A DNA stretch of 60,393 bases, counting the filler, from Dugesia japonica (taxonomy: Eukaryota), in assembly GCA_001938525.1 (NCBI GenBank). It is 5 parts of 5 records of this genome, joined end to end, with 100 filler letters (N's around TTAATTAATTAA, not from the genome) between each part and the next. Parts side by side here need not be neighbours in the genome. Positions count along the whole stretch, not along the records: positions 51,349 to 60,393 come from MQRL01533357.1; 4 more parts are not named here. The stretch is one strand, 5' to 3'. Position 1 is the first letter of the stretch. Every line of letters begins with the position of its first letter. The position numbers and the translations under genes are program-made. A model generated the notes under the pieces. The model had not been told where the DNA came from. It saw only the letters and a program-made list of their open reading frames with translations, and did no database searches. This document shows, piece after piece, positions 51,464-60,393 of the stretch.

Positions 51464-53631
51464 AATAGAAAAAAGAAAATAAATACATTAACATCAGAAC
51501 AAGAAATATCGTTCAGATCAGCAAAAATCTGTAATATATGTAAAAATGAATTAAAAGATCCTGTTCGTGATCATGATCACTTTACAGGAAATTTTATCGG
51601 AGCTGCATGTAATAATNNNNNNNNNNNNNNNNNNNNNNNNNNNNNNNNNNNNNNNNNNNNNNNNNNNNNNNNNNNNNNNNNNNNNNATCATATTTTGAAG
51701 TATGGTATCAATAAATTTCCAAGTTGGAACATATCATGTATACCAACCACGTGTGAAAAAATCTTACGTTTAATCGTTCATCTGAGTAAAACAACAATCA
51801 GATTTATAGACTCCTATCAGTTTATAAATTCGTCCTTAGATGCAGCAGTGAAGTCATTAAAAGAGATCTTTGGCGACACAAGAATTTAAAGATGAAAAGT
51901 TAACAAAGTCAAAAGGTATTTTCCCGTATAATTTTGCAACAAGCTTAGATGGTCTCAAAGAAGCAACAAGTATGCCTCCAAAATGGCCAGAAATTAGTCA
52001 GAAAGAGTATGGTAAAGCTATAGAAATGTGGCAAATAACTGGTTGTAAAAATCTATTAGACTAAATATGCTAGTTTATTTAAAGTTAGATGTTTACTTGT
52101 TAGCCGACGTCTTTCGGCAGTTTCGAGCAAAATCAACAGCGCATAATAGTTTGGAACCATTAACATTCTTTGGTATACCTGGAATGAGTTGGGCATCTGC
52201 CTTGATGTCGTTAAATGAGCCAATAGAACTGTTAGCAGATAATGATATGACAACCTTTTTTGAAGGTGGAATAAGAGGCGGTTTAACTTTTGTTAATAAG
52301 CATTATGTAGAGACTGATGAAAACACTGAGCTCCTATACATAGACATTAACAATCTTTATAGATAGGCGTTAAGTCAGAAGCTTCCTTATAAAAATTTTG
52401 AATGGGTCTATTCTGGATTTGATAAAATTTTAGAAGAATGTGAGGAATCTGACCTGGACTCATTGTCATATGGATATTCATTAGACGTTGACATGATTAT
52501 TCCCGAGAAAATTCAAGAGCGATTAAATGATTTCCCAGTTGCGGCAGAGCATCAATGCGCTCCCGGAAGAAACGTTAAGAAATTAATGTTAACTCATTAT
52601 CCAAAGAAGAACTACATTATTCATCAGAGGTTGTTACAAATGTATATCCAGTTAGGTGTTGATGTGACAAAGGTACACAGAGGTGTTAAATTTGTACAGG
52701 CATCGATTTTCGAGAATCATATTAATGTCAATACAGATTTGAGATCGAAATGCGAAACAGAGTTGGAGAAAAATTTCTACAAGTTATTAAACAACAGTCT
52801 ATATGGTAAAACTGTAGAGAATTTAAAAAAGATGATAAATCTACGTTTATGCAATACGAAAAAAAACTTGTTACATATACATCAAAAGCTGGATTTTAAA
52901 GATCAATAAAAATTGATAAGGACTTAATAGCTGTTTTGTTGAATAAAGAAGTGGTTTGCTTAGATCGAACAAGTTATATTGGACAAACGGTTCTTGATTT
53001 AAGTAAACTAAGAATGTATCAACTTCAATATAATCAGTTGCAGAANNNNNNNNNNNNNNNNNNNNNNNNNNNNNNNNNNNNNNNNNNNGACACTGACAGC
53101 TTTTTCCTTGAAGTCAAAAATATTAAGTTAGAAAAACTAACTGGATTGATGGTTGAAGATCAGTTGTTAGATACTTCAAATTATGAAAAAAGTTATCCTC
53201 TTTTCAATGATAATTTAAATTCAGTTATTGGAAAATTTAAAGATGAAAGTAAATTCCACAAATATATAGAATGGATTTGCTTGAGACCGAAATGTTATAG
53301 TCTTCTAAGTGAACAAGTTTCGATGAAGGCTAAAGGTATTACTTTAAAAAACACTGGTCTCACTCATCAATCGTATATTGAATGTTATGAAAAAGATAAA
53401 TCAGTTTTAGTAGATCAATTTTTGATGGCATCAAAAGAACATCAATTATATAGTATAAAATGTAGGAAAATGGCTTTATCAAACAAAGATGATAAAAGAG
53501 TATGGACTGACAAAAATTTAAGTTATCCATACGGATATTACAAATTATCCAAAAATCTTTCTGAAATTGATGAAGGCAATAGTTACAGTATAAACACGAA
53601 AGAAAATTCAGGAAGACAGATATTTTTTTAA
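51464..53631 (+). pseudogene. Polinton/Maverick (adintovirus-like) protein-primed family B DNA polymerase with EndoVII/HNH-like domain; 5'-truncated, frameshifted
   Basis: CNIC..VRDHDHFTG.FIGAACN, RFIDSYQF..SL, KGIFPY, YLKLDVYLLADVF, GIRGG, LLYIDINNLY, YKLLNNSLYGK, DTDS, IGKFKDE, LRPKCYS, KAKG, DDKR. Confidence 0.95.
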
Positions 53632-54699
53632 ATACATCTTGTTTTTCAAAGTTGAATTATTTTCTTATTTAGTTTTTATGTATAGTTATCTATATTTTTA
53701 ACTTTTTATTTAATTCGTGAATATTAAAAATATTCTCAAGAACAGCNNNNNNNNNNNNNNNNNNNNNNNNNNNNNNNNNNNNNNNNNNNNNNNNNNTAAG
53801 TATTTGTTTCTCTAATTTAATTTTAAATGTTTAATAAATTAATTTAAAATAAAATCAATGCACCCTTATTTCACCCAACTCAATGCATTAGAAAAAACCA
53901 AACTAAATGCAAGTGTTCCAGTGTTTACGTATCTACATACTATTATCTTAACATAAAAATGTATAGTAGGTAAATACTTAAACACTGGAACAGTGCATTT
54001 AGTTGGTATTTTTTTAAAACAACCAAAAAAGGTTGAAGAAGAAAAAATTTGAACCACAAAAAATAAAACCACAAAACATTTGAAGAACTAAAAATTAAAG
54101 AACAAAACCCCCCCTCGACCAGACAGTGTTCCAGTGAGAAGTACTAAGATTGTACTAAGACTTAAAAAGTCGGATTTTTATGGATATGTGAATAATATTA
54201 TTTTATTTGTTTAAGGAAATTTTAGAAAATTCATAACACAGATGCAATTCAAGTACAATTCAAGTACAAATAATATCAATTTTAATGAAATCTCAAATCC
54301 AATCAATGGTTAAGTCCAGCCATTATTCTCACAATAATTGTAATTATTAAATTTAAATATTTAATTTTCAAATAATGGACTATACGAATTTAACACGCCG
54401 CGATAAACAAAGCCATTTTGCAGGCTAGAAAATAATCCCCAGGTTTAACCATGTCCTGATTCTGGCAGCGTAAAGCTGTCGAAGTAAACAAAAGTGAAGA
54501 AATAAGAAGGCGCAAATAAATGGGGGTTACGTTTGGGAACCATAATTGAAATTTTCCACATCACACCATCTAGATCTACTCACATTGAATCTCTTCAATC
54601 TCAAGAGTGCCAGCCGGTCCATTGTAGAAACTCCAATTCCTACTCGACNNNNNNNNNNNNNNNNNNNNNNNNNNNNNNNNNNNNNNNNNNNNNNNNNNN

Positions 54700-57370
54700 N
54701 NNNNNNNNNNNNCCTGTTTTAGCACTGGTTCATTTTCAACACACTTTAATCCCAAACACCCTACTGAGATAGTCTCAAAGAAAACTTTATTATCTGAATG
54801 TCCTTTTTCAATGTGTGTATTTATTTATGTTCAAGTCTTTAACTAATTTTAAAGTAATGTATTTGTCGGAAGCGGTTTTCACATCCAGTAAGAAAATATA
54901 CTTCTGCTTAACATTTATAAGCTGCAAGTCAACGCGATCAGTCCTATCAACAAGGTCACAGGTTTGATCGACTATAACTTTGAAGTTGTATTAGCTCTAA
55001 CAAACCTAGCAAGCCACTTAAGCACATCATAGTGACAAAAACGTGTGCTTCAGTTCTTAAATTGTAAGAACACTTCCTGCAGGATTTAAAGGGCATACCG
55101 TAATTGCTATCTATAGAAATAGTGTTTGTTCTTGTCTTATGAATAAACCGCATATTCTCAGGTTTTATAAAGCCATCATACAAAGGTTAAGTAGAAAGTA
55201 TGGATACACCAATCGCAGGAGTAAGCGCATCAGTTTTAACCAAACACACTTCCTAATGTGTTTCCAATTTAATAGACCATGAAGCAGTTTAGTCGTCGCT
55301 CTCCGGTCTTCAAATGAAATTAAATAATTTCCTTCACCGATGATATTTATCACCTGCAAGCAAACTTCCAGTTCATTCCTATTAACTTTTACTTGCAGGT
55401 CAAGCTCACGATCTCGATATGCGATTGCATCGTAAATCTTGGACCATCAGCTTTTGAGATTTAATTTGGTGGTATAAAAGGATAGCCAGTTCAGCGCTTC
55501 GTCAATTGAACACAAATTTAAATTTTTCATGTGCTTATTAGCCGCATGAATCAGGTCATGATTAAAACATCTCGTACTATCTCATCTGGGCATAAAAGCA
55601 TTTTGAAAGCTTGTACAAGAGATTTTACAGAATACTTATTTCTAGTAGAGATTAGACCGACCGCCACAATTTTCAGGAGTTATAAAGATAGTCGCAGGGT
55701 GTCAGCACTGGAACATAAAATCTGTTTTATGGATGTACGAATTTGTTTATCAATACTTCAGATTCAGAAAATTGCGACATTTTCAGAGTGGCAACAACAG
55801 TCAAATTCTCTCAACGGAATGTTGAAATTTTGAAATGCGAACGTAAACCTTGAGCGAATAAAAGTTCGGTATGCTTGTATCTTTTGCCAGTGATAAAGAA
55901 CCAAATGTTTTATCTTTTGAAGGTCTCGGACAGATTTTTCAAGAATTTCTGTTGGAGTTTGGAAATTATCACGGTTTAAGTTCACCACTAGGTATCTACA
56001 GAAATCTTAATGGAGGATTTTGAGAGCTGGTTCTCACTTGATTGCTATTTGAGCAGGTTCGCACTTCCTAAGTCAAAATCAAGAAAAGACCAGTCATTAG
56101 ATGTTACCGTGACAACCACTATATCGTGTAAACTAACCTTGGAAGTGGCTACAAGTGCTAAACCATCAGCATATGCCAAAGAAGATATAGAGTGTTCAGT
56201 ACATCTAACACCAGCACCATAGGTTTTGGAAATATCATTAATCATTGGATTGATATCAATGTTAAACAGTAACATAGACAGTGGACAGCTCTATCAAACT
56301 CCTCTTTTATTAGCAATATGATGGGAGGAAATAACATTGCAGATGTAATAGCTGAAACAGTCATAGTTCAGCGCTCTGATTAATCCGGTAGCCTTTACAG
56401 TTAACCACACTTGCGTGAGCAGACCAAGAATATGATCACGGGTGATACTTCCAAAGATGTCAGCTATATCCAAGAAAGCGATATGCAAGTTTAACTTTGT
56501 ATATCCGCTCTGTTCACTAAGCAAGAAACGCAGCAAAAGTTTGTGCTCAGAACACCCTTAAGATTCTCCAGCACTCTTCTGAAGTTTATGTAGTCAACCG
56601 AAATTTTAAGCTCAGCTTGAGAGTTGCAATCCACAACAAGCCATGAATAGCTTGTAGATGCAGTCAAGCAAAGCTATTAGCCTCCAAAATGAAACAAAAT
56701 GATAAGAACCAGCTTTGGATATACCAGCTTTGGTATCATCAGAGTTGAGTATATCCGCCAGATATTTCGAGTCATTCCAGATGCAAAAATTGTCTTAAAA
56801 ACTTTATGTATCAGAACACTGACAGACCATTGAGAGTGTGTTTGAAGCTAGTAGGTTCTGCACTATAAACTCGAAATTATCATCCCCAGATTTCAAAGAC
56901 AGGCAAATATCCCAGTTTGTAACGGGTCCGACAAAAGACTTGGACTGAAAGTAGCTTTTTAAATCAAGATGAAACGGAAAGAAATAGGCCAAAACCTCAT
57001 TAGTATTAAGCTTAAAGACCGCTTTTTGAGAGTAGTAGAACTTATTCCTGATGTTGAGATAAACCTCGACACTCTTAGTTGTCTTTCCCTCATCGATTCT
57101 AAAATTCAAATCTTATGGCTTGATGTAGCCATCAAGCAGGTCTCTAGAAGCCTTAACATCATTACCATCGACATCCCTCACCAAAATTTTAGACTTATTT
57201 TCACGATCCTTTGGATCGATAATGATTTTAACTGAATCTTTGTTGTTTTTTGAGGTTTTATTAGTAATATTAATAAAATTAATTTTATTTTTTGATTTAA
57301 AATTTAAAACTTTAGACTTTAACAAATTAAGATCAACTTTAATTACATTCACAAAATGAGGAATCAAGAA
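54700..57370 (-). mobile_element. NeSL/R5-like RLE non-LTR retrotransposon, degenerate (RT, CCHC, REL)
   Basis: FWRLIALLDCIYKLF, AFLDIADIFGSI, RGV...LSMLLFNIDI, SLAYADGLAL (YADD), WQKIQAYRTFI, RFIHKTRTN..CRKC...EAHV, DRVDLQL..FLLDVKT. ORFs 56804-57400 may be its N-terminal part (less certain). Confidence 0.85.
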
Positions 57371-57371
57371 G

Positions 57372-57432
57372 AGTAGATAGATAGTGACACACAAGCACAA
57401 TTTTATAAATCACCCCCCTCCCCCTATGGGTT
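57372..57432 (+). mobile_element. Polinton-like left terminus
   Basis: AGTAGATAGATAGTGACACACAAGCAC...CCCCCCTCCCCT, the inverse of the 51400-51463 end (14 terminal nt exactly complementary, plus a C-rich tract about 40 nt in). Confidence 0.6.
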
Positions 57433-58039
57433 CGGAAACACATTACTTTTTATTTTTTTTTATTTACTAAATTTATTAATATCATGTTACAAAATAAATT
57501 CCTGGTTTTAACAGCATGTCTTCAGGATTCTCAAAATTTCATAGTTACTCCAAAAAAAGTGTTACAAATTCCAGTTATTAATTATTAATTTAACAAAATA
57601 ATTACACCGGATTGTTTACTTCGTGTCTTATTAGCTTTTATCAGATTAACATATATATTACAATTTGGAGTAACTCAAATATGGCGAATCTAGACTAGAC
57701 CATTTAATCGGCATATTTTATTTNATTTTCAATGTGAAGAGAATTATAAAATAAAATAAATAGAAGCATTATGATTTTTTTTTAATTAATTTAGGACAAA
57801 TTAAATTTGTAAAATAAAAGAAATTTGTTATCATTTTTATTTCTATTTTTTATCAGTGTGTTGCTCGATATGTATTGCGAACTAGCAACACTTCTTTAGT
57901 AAGGTGTGGTCTGACATTTTTCTGATAAAATGTAACTCTTATTATAAGGATTAACAATTTTTTCAATTTGTTATCTCTGCTTAAAAATGAAATTAATTCG
58001 TGTTCATTTTTATGCTACGATTTTTAACTTGGGTTAACT

Positions 58040-58362
58040 TAACAACAGTACATCAATCAGATTACTCAGACTTTAGGTAGAAATACAAAAGCAATGCTTC
58101 AACAACACGAATGAGAAATCTTGGATATATGCATATTAGACCAAGATTAAGCAGTAGTCGAATGTATGGGTCTTTCAAGATAAGCGAAAACCAACAAAAG
58201 TCATTCGTACTCGAAGCACTTGTTTTACGGTAAAACTGGATATACGGCAACCTTAACTTTGTGACTGGTAGAACGATTACGAGAGTCATTGGGAAACAAC
58301 AATTAAGAAAAAACAACGTGTGACGCTGGTTTATTCTACATCATGACAATGCGATCTCACAT
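58040..58362 (+). mobile_element. Mariner transposase fragment
   Basis: SWIYAY*TKIKQ*SNVWVFQDKRKPTKVIRTRST, FYGKTG, WFILHHDNAISH. Confidence 0.82.
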
Positions 58363-58582
58363 AAATGAAAACAAAAGGAAATGCCTAGCTTTTAAGAAGG
58401 AGGTTGAGGCCTCTAATACCCAAGAAAGAGTCTGGAAGGCGCAAGTAGAATCTTTTGCGGAGATCATCCGGTCCCTCCATGACCGTGAGAATAAACTGGT
58501 GACGGACATTTTACTGCTTCGGAAGGCAATGCCCCTTGAGCTTTTAATGGTCGATAATGGTACCCAGACAACACGACCTTGA
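58363..58582 (+). CDS. 3' part of the coiled-coil cassette protein ending DNGTQTTRP
   Basis: KRKCLAFKKEVEAS..QE..ENKLVTDILLLRKAMPLELLMVDNGTQTTRP*, homologous to 39308-39591. The 5' end is replaced by mariner sequence. Confidence 0.6.
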
Positions 58583-58715
58583 TGTCGGTTATTTTCAAAT
58601 ATCATAAATAAACGATTTTCTTCTCTTAATAAATTCTTTCTTCCTATTTGTCTACTTAATTAATAATTCGTTTAGTTTAAGAGAAATAAATTATCTAATT
58701 GTGCATCTTGTTTAG

Positions 58716-59080
58716 TGCCACGAATTATATTCCCCAACAGTTTAAGATGCTGCCATAGAATAATCCGGCTACTTCTACTAGAACGGCACCACAAACGTCA
58801 GACCGAGCGTGCCTTGCTAAAATACCTTTCTCAACGAAATAAGTTGATTAAGAAGTTAGATATCATCGTGAAAAAGCAGGGAGACCTAGCGGAACAAACA
58901 AAGCAACTCCTCCAAAATAAAATCGACTTTTTAAAAAAATACATAGCGGATCTATCCCGCCAGCTAGGCAACGCGTCGTGGTTACAATGGGACTATAAAG
59001 ATAATAATGTTGCGTTCAATCTTATACCCGAAGATAATACTGCGTTTAATTTTATTCCAGAAGAGCCTACCCAGTGGTAA
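58716..59080 (+). CDS. Basic coiled-coil cassette protein with acidic tail (MPRIIFPNSLRCCHR...EEPTQW), intact
   Basis: 121-aa ORF starting at ctaat..cttgtttAG|TG CCA; homolog at 39753. Confidence 0.65.
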
Positions 59081-60393
59081 GACCCGGGTGCTCTCGATAA
59101 AATGTGATTTATAAAATAATACATATTAATATAAGCATATTGTTTATTTATTTTGTGATTTCAATAATTGGGAAATGAATATGAACCCAAACTAAAGGTG
59201 TACGGGTGTGAACTTCAAATAAGGTTGGAAGTCAACCGCTCTGCACTAAATATCTAAAACAGGGACTTTAGATTTAAATTCTTAAAGGGGATCTCCTGAG
59301 GACCGTTTTTCCCCGGTCAGCGCCCTTCTCAACACCAGCTCAGGTGGAACCCCAACAGTATTTTGTGAAGTACTCCGCTTTAAACTTGAAGAACTAGAGA
59401 ATAACGGATAAGCCAGTCACTGTATATTAAAAAGTTATTCAATAAATTTTTGTGTAATTTTGTGTAATTTAACATTATTTAAAACGTTTTTTATTTAAAT
59501 GTTGAATTCAATAAAAATGTATTTCTTTTCTTTGAGTGTACATTAGTTATTTTCTTAAATTAAATAAGCTCTACTTAGAATCAATTTTTAAAACGAAATC
59601 ACGGGCCTAAACCAGTCTCCGTTTTCAAGACAAAAAAGAAAAAATGACAAAGAATTTTTAACAATTAAAACAAAGGAAACTTAAACAGTATGATTACCAG
59701 AAACACAGAAGAATGACAGTCAGATAATAGAAAAACTGTTTTACACAAGAAAAGTCTTTTTTACAACATAATAACCAACTACTGATTGACGTGTCAAAGA
59801 CTTACACAGACAGTGAAGAGGTCGAATATGCTGTGGAANGAGTATAGATTTCATTTATCACATGAAACTAGTTCTAAAACAACGAAAACTTTAATAAAAA
59901 TATCACGTGATGTTTTAATTCATCTCAGTTTGTTAGTGAATTTTACCTTTTCAAAGCATGAAGACGTAAAGAACAACAGAAATACTTGAAAATCTAAAAT
60001 CAATTTATGAAATTGATATTCTAGCTTACTCGGATTAAAGATTCGAAGCAGAATGAAATATGAAATATCAAAATTCAAAATTCAGGCTCAATCCAGATCC
60101 ACGTATTTATAATCTAATAAAATGAAATAACAAGTCCGTTTATAAAAATTATGCATATGGAATAACAATAAAACTTCATTAAAATGAAAATGGTCTCGAA
60201 ACAAATGTGATGCGAAAACATTGGACATTTTACAAAACATGTAACTTGCATTAGATCTTAAACATAAAGCCTAAACAATAAATAAAATGATAAACAATAA
60301 AATTTTAAAAATAAAAGGTAAAAATTTAACTTTGAAAATGAATTAATAAAAATGGGTTTCTAAGATGGAAATTAGCCTAATTAAAGTTTACAA

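Noticed and set aside
58343-58362. Start MTMRSH of ORF 58343..58582
   Set aside because: Comes from an alternative frame of the mariner HHDNAISH motif; the ORF is a chimera.

Overview
Very AT-rich eukaryotic (metazoan) genomic scaffold. The repeat complement and tiny introns suggest a triclad flatworm, but this is an inference. It has many N gaps, and four artificial N44-TTAATTAATTAA-N44 joins split it into five blocks. Three probable host genes were found: an apparently intronless, divergent G-protein beta subunit (43881-44981, -), a compact multi-exon PTAR1-like prenyltransferase-alpha-repeat gene (34247-35362, +), and the 3' exons of an unidentified gene (28208-32832, -). The rest is mostly decayed mobile DNA: Penelope-like elements with minimal hammerhead ribozyme motifs, NeSL/R5-like RLE non-LTR retrotransposons, one Ty3/gypsy family (LTR pair, solo LTR, three pol remnants), Tc1/mariner/IS630, piggyBac and hAT remnants, MITEs, and a Polinton/Maverick (adintovirus-like) protein-primed DNA polymerase. 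The most interesting structure is three AGTAG-type Polinton-like termini plus a dispersed cassette of small ORFs I could not identify, with partial homologous copies at about 18.8-20.1, 37.6-40.3 and 58.4-59.3 kb. Several of these ORFs begin at or within 3 nt of a splice acceptor (three as AG|TG, i.e. an ATG split by the splice) and are usually followed by AATAAA. One encodes a helical protein ending in a dynein light chain LC8-type TQT motif. This is consistent with an endogenous virus-like element that has an adenovirus-like leader/alternative-acceptor transcription unit (hypothesis). All calls come from reading the sequence by eye; no searches were run.
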